From Epiperipatus broadwayi (taxonomy: Eukaryota; Animalia; Onychophora): DNA of 64,000 nucleotides. The stretch lies in NCBI GenBank assembly GCA_028023455.1, contig JAQFVV010000009.1, forward strand, positions 744,001-808,000. Reading direction: 5' to 3'. The position numbers and the translations under genes are program-made. Shown one piece after another: positions 26,701 through 38,994 of the stretch (position 1 is the first letter of the stretch; every line of letters starts with the position of its first letter). The notes under the pieces are model-generated. The model did not search any database. It saw only the letters and a list, made by a program, of their open reading frames with translations, and was not told the origin of the DNA.

Positions 26701-27496
26701 GTCACAAGATTGACTGATGATTTATTTTGAATTTTTGATTATTTATAATGAGAAATGATTTTTACTGTTTGGTGATAATGGTGAACTTATAGTTACTTCT
26801 GTGCTGATCTATCATGCTCATTATATTCATTACTCATAGTTTTCATCATATATAATTTTAAATTTTGTTTACTTGGATATGATGATGTTGATATTCAATC
26901 AGTCGAGATTCACCTTGTGTTTTTCATATCATTACTATATATATATATTGTAAGGGGAAAAATGTATATATACATATATTAATGGGTTATTATGAGAAAA
27001 GCAGTTTCTTCAAATGCCCCACATATTTGGGCAAGCCAAAAATGTAATGGATACACTCAAGTAATGATTAGAACTACTTGCTTTCATTCACCACAAATGA
27101 ATTTATAATCATCTAAATCCATATTGTAATAGACTATGAATTTTTAAGGCAACAATGAGTCTATGCATTGAGAAGTATTTTTATGTGATAAATAAAAATT
27201 ACTATCTAATGAATATATAGTCTGGAATATGTGAATCAATGTTTTCAAAGTAAAGTAATTTATAGAACAGGTAAATCAAATAATGTGTAAATTAATAAAA
27301 AAGATATACGTTTATTATGAGAACACCAAAAGTTAATTCACCAATTATAATTTAAAATAACCCATCGTCTTATCATATGTTTATGCTATATTGCAATTGC
27401 TAACATGTGATCTACATCTTAAAGATACTTAAACATATATGTTCTAAAGAGGGTTAATATATATGATCTTTCACACCGTATGAACATTTTTTAAAA

Positions 27497-27572
27497 AATA
27501 TCTCAGATCAAGTAATACTTTAATTATAATATCTAATATCTCAGATCAAGTAATGCTTTAATTATAATATCT
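27497..27572. repeat. 38-bp tandem duplication
   Basis: AATATCTCAGATCAAGTAATRCTTTAATTATAATATCT occurs twice with one mismatch. Confidence 0.9.
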
Positions 27573-29133
27573 TGTTTTTATATGTTTAGAATAAACTTTA
27601 AATGTTAACTACAATTTAAACTTTGATTTGTTTTCTAAATATTAATCTTGTCATATTTACTTTATTAATTAGGTCAGTATCAAATAATATAAACTGCTAA
27701 TAGTATAAATTTTAAAAGAAAGAAATTTGATGGATGTCTATCAGCATATTATTATTACTGTTTTGAATATTGAAGATAAAGTAAAAGTTAGTTTAGCAAA
27801 GACTTTTTTTTTTATATTTGTGTTTACTACCAAGATCAACATTTTAATATTTGAATTGCAGCTCGATTCTTTCACAATATCTTTTTTTAATATTCCTTCG
27901 AAGGTAAACGATAATTTAGGATTCTAAGGGCATTATTACTAGATTGTGTCCAACTATTCCTTTTTATTAAACACTATGGTTCATATCAAATCCAAAGGTT
28001 CAATGTTTTGAACTGGTTCAGCATAGTATTTGTTGTTGCCTATATCATTTATTCTTGCAGATATTAATTGAGGAGGGTTCATGCGCTCTCTCTCCTCTCT
28101 TGTAGTTTATACTTCAAGTACATATAACTTATATCAAAATCCACAGAATATTAAAAAAAATTAGGTAAATAAAATCTTTTTGAAAAAAAAAAAAGTATAT
28201 GTGTTCTTTTTGCTGAGTTTTCCATTACATAGCAACAACACATTCTTTAAAACTAGCTCCTGGAATGTGAATGTTTCTTTTAATCTCAAAGTCTATTGCT
28301 ATTATTCAATACAACAAAGCAAGTATTTTATTTTTTCTCTCATGTAAATAAATCATTTATTCAGTCTGCATTCACTCTAAATTTGTACTTATTTATTAAA
28401 CAAATGATTTCTAATTATTTTATTTATTTATTTATCTGTGAACTATAGATAGATAATACTGATGGATGTTCATGTCACAATATATTATAAGAATCAAAAT
28501 GTGCCGTCCAACAAAGTCAATTCTAAGAATTAGGGAATGACCTTTAACTAATATGTGTGTGTGTGCATATATAAACCCATATAAATATAACCACAAACAA
28601 TATAAAGCCAAAACATCATTACTTACAGCTCCCAGAATCTTCACCTGGTTACAGCACTTGGTATTACCAGCCATTTTTCTTTTATATCTCTCTAGATCAG
28701 GGGGATACATGAGATTAAAATAAACTATATCAATTATAAATACATCATATCATGGAAAATAATACAATATGCAGAGATAATGAGTATACTAGGATTTTAT
28801 TAATATTATAACAACAGCAAAAAAGGAAAATAAAATTATAAATGCATTTACATATATATATAGAGAGAAGGGTAATTAATGACCCTTGTTCTGCAGGTAC
28901 AAAATATTATGATACATCACTTGGGAGTTGAACACAGGATAATTTATCACACTTTTTGATACTCCTAGGACAAGTATTATTTAAATATTGTCAGGTTACA
29001 AATTAAACATATAATCTAGAGTATATCTTGATATTAATTGAGTCAGAGTTTAAATACAGTGTACTGTTGACCATCTTTTTTGGACAAATTTGATCTTCTA
29101 ATTTCCTGACATTATACTAGCAGAATACTAAGA

Positions 29134-29134
29134 A

Positions 29135-29166
<32 letters not shown>

Positions 29167-29216
29167 GATGTCATCATCATCATCATCATCTCATCATCAT
29201 CATCATCATCATCATA
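29134..29216. repeat. Compound microsatellite (AAT)n(ATT)n(ATC)n
   Basis: Read directly from the sequence. Confidence 0.95.
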
Positions 29217-30450
29217 CTAAGCTGAATTTTCTCATTCAGCTGCTTTGATTTTATATTTTGTTAACTGAATCTTAAAACTACTTGAAAAAAAAAAATATGA
29301 GCAGCATGGTAAGGGAAATGTGACATTTAAACAATTTATAATTTTCAATATGATCTCTTTAAATCAATGAGAATGTCTGGGTTATTATTATTCAGTACAT
29401 AGTCGCACAAAGGTTGCCCTACTGTTCAACAATAAACATGTAAAATATATGTTCATAGAGTATAAGGTACTAATTAAGGACATACTCTATGACTAATTAT
29501 AACAATGGAAATTTGCATGGTGAAGACATTAGTACAATACAAAAATTATACACTAAATTTAGGATGCACAAAATATATACACAAGAAGTTACTGACATTT
29601 TACTATGATTAATTACTTACATGCAGGAGAAGCCTGGGATTTAAATATGATTATGTTCATGAGTAGGTTGCTTAGCTTCTCTAGAGATTATTCTTTATTC
29701 CAGACTTTTTTGGTAAAAATATATATATAACTCTCACTTGCAGAACATCTTAATTTACAGAGCATTTTTAATTCACTTATCAAGATACTTTTGAATCGCT
29801 TTTTAGTTTACACAGCATTTGACATTTATTAATTTAGTTAATAATTGAAAAGTCTTAAGTTGTGGCATAAATATTTCTTTATCACTGTATTCTTATTGGA
29901 CTCTTTGGTAAATGTTTCTTCTACTTTGCTAAGGCAGGTATTTCTTAAAATGATAAGTAAATGACTGATTTTCTAGAAACAATGAGATGGACCGTCTTCA
30001 TGCTGGAGCACTGTCACACAGTCAGAAAAACAATTAATTGGAAAGAGCTCAATGGTTTTATCCCACTATTCTATACATTGTTCGTTTTGGCTTTCCAGAT
30101 ATAGCTTACAGCAATAAATGATTTAAAAACTGTTAAAACATGTTTTACTAGGTTTTATATTAAATCTAAAAAAAATTCCCCAGAGATTCTTCAATTAAAA
30201 TTTCCTAGAAGATTATCTAATTAAAATATTAATAGAAATTTGTTTTTCCCAATAAGAAAATTTAACTACTTGTATTTTACCTGTTTACACTTTCATCTTC
30301 TAGACACCTGTTATTTATGGTTGAATAGTTTTATACATATTTTTACAAAATTAAAATTTAATGCAAAGATAAAATTAACACAAAAGAAAATAATTTTGAC
30401 AACAAAATTAAAAACTTCTAGTTTAAAATGAAGCAAAAGAGGTTTTCTTT

Positions 30451-32874
30451 TAGTAAAATGGGTATCAACACAGGAGAGAGGGGGAGTACATCTTACTAGG
30501 GTCAGATTTTGTGTAGAATGCAAATGATTACATAATAAAATACATAACCAATAATTGTGTCTGCTTCCACTAGACTGGCTCTGTGTATTTTTATTAACAT
30601 GGACACAATTTGGAATAGTTCATCAAGTTCTCACCCCTTTCTGGCTTCATACCATAGTATTCAAACTCAGGGAGTAATTGCTTTACACTCTCTTAACAGA
30701 GAACAAAATTACACTGATCAGTAACTATTGCATCTCTATATAGATGATGATTGGTTATCCAAACTCTTTAAATATTCTCTTGTATCACCACACGTAGAAT
30801 AAGGTGTGTGTATATATATATATTCAAGGTTATTATATTAATTGGTGTGAATACCTATTTGTGATAATACTAGTAATAGTAATGATGATGAACTATATAA
30901 TAATAATGAGTTAGAGACCAGATTAAAATAATAAATTCTGTAAAATTTATTGAATGATAACAAAAAAATAACACAAAATGATTTAACAATAGTAAGTTAT
31001 ATAATCAGTTATGTCAGTGATGAGCTTTTACCATATTGTTATTTAAAATAATGAAAATCATTATCCCTAACCCATGGTAGAAATTCGTGTACTTGTTACT
31101 AATTATTTCCAAAGTATATAAAAAAAAATTTTTTTTTTTTTATAAGATCACGAATCTGGATGGCTAAATCAATACTATTTACAGTCACATTTAAATGATT
31201 ATCCTTGCCCATTTTATGTTAATGGTTATTGATTTTCTTGGGGACCCTTCCTTATCTATGAATACCTCTAATATTAATAAGGAAGAACATCCATGCAAAT
31301 GTTAGTCAATTATACTGAAAAATGAAAAAAAAAACACATAAAATATTAGTTAATGATAAACAATTAACAAAAAAAATTGCTGTGCATTTAGTGTACATAC
31401 TTACTGTGGGACATTATCAAAATCATCCTTCCTTCCCCATTAGTATGTCAGAGTTATATTGGTGATGGGATGGCAAGCTGACCTAAATTTTATTTAATAA
31501 CAAAAAATGCTTAATTAAACTTTAACTGCTTCCTACCCTTCTTAATCTTAAAATGAACTTTTCCGAGATTTAGACACTTCTTCTTGTAGAAATGAAAAAA
31601 TAATAATAATAATAACAGAAAACAAAAATCAAAATTTCTAATCAATTATGGTGGTTAAAGTCTGATGAGTTTGCTGGGAATGTCCTTCATATTATGAGTC
31701 CATTCTTTTCAAGACCGATCTCCTTGGATAATGATAACACTGCTCCTTTGGAAGGTGGTATAATCATGCTTGAAACAATAGGACCACTCTTCTCTAGTTG
31801 ATTTTTCTTGGTTCATATGTAAGCATTTTTCCAAAGACAGTAGATGTTTCTTTAGGCTTTGTGGCAATGGACAAGTGAAGTCACTGTGCTTTCATGGCTC
31901 TAAAAATGATCTTTGCTCCTATGGCATCATTATTTTAGCCAGAAGACATTGTACAGCAATCTATATCATATACAGATCTCATGTAATTCCAGTTTAGCAT
32001 TCAATAGCAATATATGTATAAGAATTATTTTGCTTCTTTCCCTCAGTTATTAATGACTATTTACTTTCTTTCTCCTCATGTGTAAATAGAGTTAATGTTT
32101 CTTAAAATAAAATTTAAAAAAATTTATTTACTTCTTTAAATTGAATGGTTTACTTATCAATTTTGAAATTAATTGCTGGTTTGGCTTTCTAATTACTTTA
32201 GTGCTATTCAAAATCTATTTCATTTCAGATATATACTTTCATTTTATAACATTTGAAGTTTAAGCATAATGTGGTTGACTTTTATTTAATGAAAGCATTA
32301 TTTTGAAAAAGAAAGAATGAACATTTGAACCATTTTTATACAACATTCAGTGTGAAAATGAAATTAATTTATTTCCAACTATTGATGTGTTGAATCTTGC
32401 ATTTTCTTATACACTTCTATGATTTCCTATTGTTGTGTATAGATTTTATTTATAGAAATTGGATTAAAACAATTATTTATTGAAGTTTTAATTTCATTTC
32501 TGCAAATGGTGACCTACTGATTAATTTGAAATTCTCATCAAAGGTCTTTATTATTGTTCTGGTTTAGTTTGTGATATACAGCACTGATTTTTTTAGTTTT
32601 GATGTTAATCTACATACATATTTGACTGATCTTTTTGGAATGTTTAGTTTGAGTACTCATAATTTTATAACTTTTTCATTATGATAGAAAAAATTAAGCC
32701 GTTATGGGATTAAGTGTTTTAGTCACTAATAAATCAAATGTTTAAAGTGTATTTGTAAGTCTTAAAAATATACTAAATTGCTTAGTAATCTAGGGGTTAT
32801 GCACATATTTTCCATGGATTAGGTGCTGTGGGTTAATCTGAGATGTTATGACAAGGTTGTAAACTACACTTACA
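30451..32874 (-). repeat. 3' LTR (~2.4 kb)
   Basis: Colinear with 38995-41648 from CAGGAGAGA.GGGGAG to GTTAATCTGAGATG..AAGGTTGTAA. Ends in TTACA at 32874; the left boundary is approximate. Confidence 0.85.
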
Positions 32875-32885
32875 ACTCCCTTGCC
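32875..32885 (-). other. Polypurine tract
   Basis: The - strand reads GGCAAGGGAGT immediately before the TGTAAG start of the 3' LTR. Confidence 0.6.
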
Positions 32886-33199
32886 ATTACAGGCTTAAAA
32901 TACTAACTCACAATTAGAATTTTAACACACATATATAAGTATTGATTTATTCTTGGATTGTTGTTGGCCTAATAGAAATGTTTGAAATTTGCTCCCATGT
33001 TGCTTATGCTTCACTAGCTATTTTCTTTTGATCTTTTATGGATTCATTTGATGACTAAGCCATATCATTCAGGGTGTCATTTAGACAGTTTTGATGGTCA
33101 GGATCTAACTGGTAATGTGTTTCTATTGCAGATGGCCCATGAATTTATTTTCTAACCTTCAACCTACTTCTTTTTGAATCTTACTGGATTTTTGAAGGT

Positions 33200-34400
33200 C
33201 TAACTAAATATTGGAACATCCATTACTCTGTATGGATAGACTCTTAGATCTTTATTATTTCAAGGTAACCCAGTGGTTGCTTCTGAGTATCATCTCAGGT
33301 ATACCCTTATCAAACTAGTTTTTGGCATAAATCACCTATATACATTTATTTTTATCGGTTCCACTATTGTGTATGTTCTAACTAATACTTTTGGTTATTT
33401 TCTATCTGGATTGTCAGTTCTATGAAGTAACTATGTGGTCATTTGGAGAGTTCAGAATATGGTTTTAAGATGCAGGCATTATATGTACTCCATACCTCTC
33501 CTCCAATATCAATCCAAAATGAATTGTGACCAGATAGCTTTATGATTGTAAATGGTCCTTCATATTGATTGAAATATTTATGCCAGGTATTATCCTATGG
33601 TTTACTTACATGTGGTGTTTTCAAAAAAGTCTTTATCTCCTACTCTGAAAATATGCATTTCTTTCCTTTTCCTATCCTTGTTTCTTTAGTTAGCCATATT
33701 TGTGAGCCTTTCATATGCTTTTAATCTTTCTTTTTCTGCATCTATTTCAGTGGATTTACTGGGGGTTGATATGTGATGAATAGTGTAGGTGAAAGTTCAT
33801 TTAGGTATAGTCTAATGGGTGCACATCCTGTTGATTCATTTACACTCTGGTTAATGCAATTGACTACACACCTTGTGATCATCTCCCAAATAGGTCCTAA
33901 ACAAATGTACATGCTCATGCATTACACTTTCACAAGGGTTTGATTGTGATTTACTAATGGATGTAAGCATATGTTTTATGCGAGATTTTTCCACCCATTT
34001 TTTCTATTCCCTTGATAGGAAAGGGAGGGTGTCTAATATCTTGATTGTATGTCTAGTACTATCTTGGGGTATCGGGTAAGCAGAAATGCATTTAGAAAAG
34101 AGATTTAGGTGACCATCAAGTATTTTTGCTTGTTAAATGGGGATAATGACCTATAATAGACTATCACTAGGATCTCATTTGGTCTTTCAGATATTATTGA
34201 TTTTATAGAACTACTATAGTTTTGGTTTACTAGTTTAGCTCTTAATCAAACCAGATCATCTCAAAGTGAACTCAAGATGTCAAGATACATTTTTGGCCAG
34301 TAAAACGAGTTTTTAATGGTATGCTCAGTTTTGTGGCCACCATACCCTTCACTCATCTCTATATTGATTTATATTATATAACAAGACCTGTTTTTCTCTT
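33200..34400 (-). pseudogene. Gypsy integrase remnant
   Basis: The - strand reads EGYGGHK (~34330-34350, HHCC region), KYLMV..NLFSKCISAYPI (~34070-34125) and ESTGCAP (~33820-33840). Many stops. Confidence 0.7.
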
Positions 34401-34719
34401 TTATATGATTTTTTGGCTCTTTTGGCACATGTAGAAGTTTCTCTTCTTTCAAAGCTTTAATTATTGGGTTTAGTTCAGAATCTTTTGATTGTGTCTCTTA
34501 CAGGTCTTCCAAATCATTCTCTACATTTTTGTCAATTATTAGATCAATGTTAGTAATGTATGTGTTATCTACTGACAGGTGATATTGTTCTGACCCACAT
34601 GGTTTCAGATGAGCACCTCTGCTACAAAATTCTCAAAACCTTTGCAATATTAGACTGTGTAGTTGAATTTCTGTAACAACAAGCTCCACCGGATTAAACA
34701 ACTGTTGGTCAAGTAGCTG

Positions 34720-35000
34720 TGGTTCAGAAATTTGATGTTTTGTGGTCAGTGATCACTATTACCTCTGATCCAAGAAGCATCTGTCAAAATTTTTGGAAGG
34801 GCCACACTATTGCTAGTACTTCACTCTTGGTAATTGTGTGATTTATTTCTGGACCCTTTGGAGGTGGCTGATAAAGTAGAGAATGCCAGGCCAGCTATGC
34901 TCCTGGATCTGGGATAGTGTTACCCCTTATCTGAAACCACTATTATCTGTCTGGACAATAAGTGGTTTATTAAAATCAGAGAAGGCTAACATGCTTTGCT
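34720..35000 (-). pseudogene. Gypsy RNase H remnant
   Basis: The - strand reads LAFSDFNKPLIVQTDNSGFR*GVTLSQ and EINHTITKSEVLAIVWPFQKF*QMLLGSEVIVITDHK. Confidence 0.9.
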
Positions 35001-35089
35001 CTTAGAACCCTGTTTTAATATTTGCAAACACCTCATCTTTCTCACTAGTCCAGTTCCATTTTCCATCTTTTCTAATAAGTTTTAGAAAT

Positions 35090-35700
35090 GGTTCCATGTG
35101 GTCAGAGAACTTTTGATAAAAATGATTATAAAAGTTGCAGTCCTAAAAATGATCAAATTTGTTTATTATTAGTGGGTTTTGGAAAGTTCTGAATGGCACT
35201 TATCTTTACTGGATGCAGTCTTATCCCATTGCAACTAATGATATGACCTAAGAAGACTACTTTGTTGCAAACTAATGTACTCTGATTGAAGTTGATTTTT
35301 ATACCTTTCTCATAGCACTTTTTAGATTATGAAGTTCTTCAATCATGGTAGATGTGTTTATTAATTGCATCACCCACATAAATGGTAGTGAACTGTTTAA
35401 CCTTAAGGGATAGCGTTTTGTCCAAGCACCTTATTAGACCAGCACCACTATTATCAATCTAAAAGGCATTCTATTAAACTGATAGGTGAAACCCTCATAT
35501 CAGAAGGTAGCACAATGGTTATCATCTGGATGGAGCTCAATCTGCCAATAGCTAGAGGTTAAATTGAAGGTGGAAAAAACATTCACAAATTTCATAAATT
35601 TATGGATGGGTGGTGGGATGTTCCTATCAGGGACTGTAATTTTGTTCAGTTGGCAAGAATCCAAATAAAATCTCATTGACCTGTATTTCTTTTTCACAGT
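35090..35700 (-). pseudogene. Gypsy reverse transcriptase remnant
   Basis: RFYLDSCQLNKIT, FSTFNLTSSYWQIEL (35500-35697) and YVGD at 35369-35380 in place of YVDD. Confidence 0.9.
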
Positions 35701-36177
35701 TACAACTGGATTACAGTAAGGTGAAGAACATTTGAAAATAAACTCACCAATTTGGCATCTTGTTGATTTGTTTTGTTTATCTCATTGCAATAGTGATATG
35801 TAATAGGATATGATTTGGATTGGAATGGTTGGTCATGAATCAGCTTTATTTCTGCTGGAAACCCTCTATTATCCCTGGTATTTTTGAGAAAATTGGGCTA
35901 AATTGATTTATAACTGCTTGCAATTGTATTATACTATCATTCCCAATCAAGTTGGATTCCATGATTTTATTTTATATGAATGCTTCTGGGATGTTAGATA
36001 TTATGCAGTCAACTTCAGGTAGATCATATCCAGGAAACAATGTCATCTCCAAGACCTCATCACTAACCCTGTTTTATCAGAAATTAATATTACAATGGTT
36101 CCAGTGTCGAAAGTCTGCCCCCAGAATGACATCGTGTATTAGCCAATTAGTATCAAAAATACACAATAGATAATTGT

Positions 36178-36441
36178 TTAGCCAATGTTCAACGGAACCC
36201 AGATTTGTTTTTGTGTTATTTTAGCCTTTCTATTGTTACCCATGGTAATTTGTACTGATTTCAGTAGTAAAGTCTTAATGTTTGGATTTTTGATCAGAAC
36301 TTTATGATAGAACTCATCTGATATTACTGAAATCTGGCTATCAGAATCTAATAAGATCTTTACTAGCAAACCCTCAAACAAAATCTCTATCATGGGGCAA
36401 CTCTGCAAAGGAAAGTTGGGCACTTTGTCTTCCATGAACAC
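36178..36441 (-). pseudogene. Gypsy aspartic protease remnant
   Basis: VKILLDSDSQISVIS matches the retropepsin LLD(S/T)G(S/A) motif with G changed to D. Confidence 0.85.
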
Positions 36442-37492
36442 ATTAGATTAGTGATTTCTCATATTGTGATTTGGCTGGCATTCCTCATTGTTTTCTTGGC
36501 ATCTTAAGGTGAGGAACATGATCTCAAGACATTTCTGTAAGATTGTAGGTGTGTAGTTACTACACCCTGGCTGTGGAGTCTTCTCTGGGGCATTAGGAGG
36601 ACTTGTGTTTTTCAGATTATTATCTTGGATCTTATTGACATCCATGTGTAAGGCAAAGTTCTTCATATGGATTTCCCTTTCCAATAATATAGGGCATTGT
36701 TGTTCTTTCTCTTTGTGTAATAGATAGTATTAATGACAATTTCTCTTTCTGTTTATCTGGTGTCCTATTTAATACATTAGCTGCATTCAGGTCAATGTTA
36801 TTCATTAGTTCAGCCACCTTTTTAATGCTTCTGGCATTGATGCATAGTAGTGCTTGTTCAATTTTAAGTAGTAAGTTCCTTTTGATAATTCTTATTATGT
36901 TGCTTTTACTCAGGTGATAGGTGTTTAAAGTTTTCAGCTTGGTGACCTGGCAGTGAAAGAATTTCATAAGTGTCTCTCCTGGTGTTGGCCATATTTCTCT
37001 TGAAACAGTTGGTAAAATAGAATGTCTTACCTTTCCCTGTTCCAGAAGTTCTTCACTGGGAAAGTTTAATAGTCATTTTATGTGAATGTAGATTGGAATA
37101 ACAATTCCCATCACATCAGCACATCACCTTGTTGGTGGCTATAAGCAATGAAGAGGTTTTCAGTCTCAGATAAATTGTGGTTGACAGAAAAGATAAATTA
37201 AGGCTCCTGGGATGTTCTATAGGGGCCTTGATGACTAATCCCTTGAAAACTTTCAACTTTAGAAATTGATTAATTGCACTAATTTGAGTTATACAGCTGT
37301 TCACACTGATCATATCCATGGGGTTAACTAACTGGGTATGCACTTGTCTGACCTGCCTTACTTGGTATAAACTTGGCAGTGCTGTTTGATGTGGCAAAGT
37401 GGATCCCAAGCAGGAGTCACTTACCTTATTAATGTATTTATTTGAAAGCAACCTCCAGGATGTACCCTAAATCATCCCAAATGTCTGTTATT

Positions 37493-38548
37493 CTATGCTA
37501 ATTTATCAATTTCAATATGTAATATCCTAATTGTCTGTGGTCTTTGGTTTAGCTGGAACTTGAGCATTTCAAATCTGTGATGGACAACTTTATCCATATA
37601 GTCCATCTGGTCTTGAATCTCTTTTATGCTCTCAATTACTTTTTCTAAATTTATGTTATTCAGGAGGGTCTCCAATTCACTAAAGGCTGTCTTATCTTCT
37701 AGATGTGTCTAACTTTGACTCATAGTTTCAAAAGTCTTATCACAGGTATTTCTGCTTCGGCATTTAGTTGGGAATGGATTTGATCCATCCTGCCAGTCAG
37801 ATCTTCTTGGATTTTGTTTTGAAGTTTAACTTGTTCAGCATATATTTCCTCATTTAGCATATATTTCCTCCTTGAAATGTTCATAACTCTACTGCATTTT
37901 GCTACGTTTAGCATTTAGTTGACTGGTGATGGTGTGTTTGAAGTCTTCTAGTCTCTGTTGACATCTCATGTCTTTTTCATCTATTTCTATCCTCATTTCT
38001 CTCACAGCTTGTTTTAAGTTTGCATTGTCTTTCTGAACACCCTTTAAGCCTAAAGACAGCTGTGTCATGTCCACAGATAGTCTATTTTCAACCTCTTTCA
38101 TTTTTGTTTCCATGTTGCTGTTTATTTTATTCTTATCTTCCATGGTTTCCATGCTATCTTTCAAATTATTCACATCTTCCTTGGTTGCCATGGCATCTTT
38201 CATATTATTCATATTATTATTTATTTATTTCATAGCTTCCCTCATTTTTTTCATCATCACTTGGAACATCTGTATCATGTCATCTCATTCCCGATAGTCT
38301 GCTCTAGGTTGTTGACTGATTTCAGTGGCAGGAGTCTCTTGAGTTTGCGAAGCTACCTGGCTCCCTTCCTGCACCTGTAGAAAGTGTTCAGTTTTCATTA
38401 TAGAATACCCAGGTATTTGACTATACATAGGTCCCTCTTCATTATTGACAGTAGCATCTCCCCAATTCACTATCATTACTGGTTTTTGCTTTAAGTAAGT
38501 GTTTTCTATCCATGTACAATAAATACTTTTTACATCATCCTTTGCCAT
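37493..38548 (-). pseudogene. Gag region remnant (coiled-coil rich)
   Basis: Series of - strand ORF fragments with heptad-like K/E/L composition, lying between the PBS and the protease. Confidence 0.65.
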
Positions 38549-38974
38549 TATTCTTTGGTTCCAACTTCTCTCTTTTTTTTGTATATTAATTTTTATTGCC
38601 TATTTTTAAGCCTAGTCTTTTATTTTCCCTGATTCATCTATTTTAACCTCGGTTTCTTCATTGGTTAATTATTTAATTATTGGCTTCAGCTCATTTCATC
38701 ATTTATATTTCTCAACTTATATTCATTATCTTAGACATAATTTTCACTTGTTATGTTTGTTTAAAGTAATTTTTTTTAAAAAAAAAGGATTGTTAGATAC
38801 ATTCATCAATATCATAGTTGCATGTATCAATCATATAGTATATGTGTAAGTTCCTGGTGGTTACATGTTACAAAAGTTTAAGGGAAAGGAGATTCAAAAA
38901 GAAAAAAAATATTCTTTTTTCTTTTTAATTATAAATTCAATAGTTGAATATACCTAAAAACTTGATGTCCATGG

Positions 38975-38992
38975 CCAACACATTTGGCACCA
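38975..38992 (-). other. Primer binding site
   Basis: The - strand reads LTR end ...TTACA, then TC, then TGGTGCCAAATGTGTTGG. TGG complements the tRNA CCA end. The priming tRNA cannot be assigned confidently. Confidence 0.65.
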
Positions 38993-38994
38993 GA

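Noticed and set aside
28432-28710. 92-aa - strand ORF with a GTAAGT donor-like site at 28621-28626
   Set aside because: No recognisable motif, no partner exons and no promoter signal; consistent with chance.
29990-30110. Possible mariner transposase fragment
   Set aside because: The resemblance to the HDNA..H / HPPYSPDL region is too weak, and there are no TIRs.
38184-38197. X-box-like GTTGCCATGGCATC
   Set aside because: It lies in the gag coding remnant (DAMAT), has a mismatch in the AAC half-site and has no promoter context.
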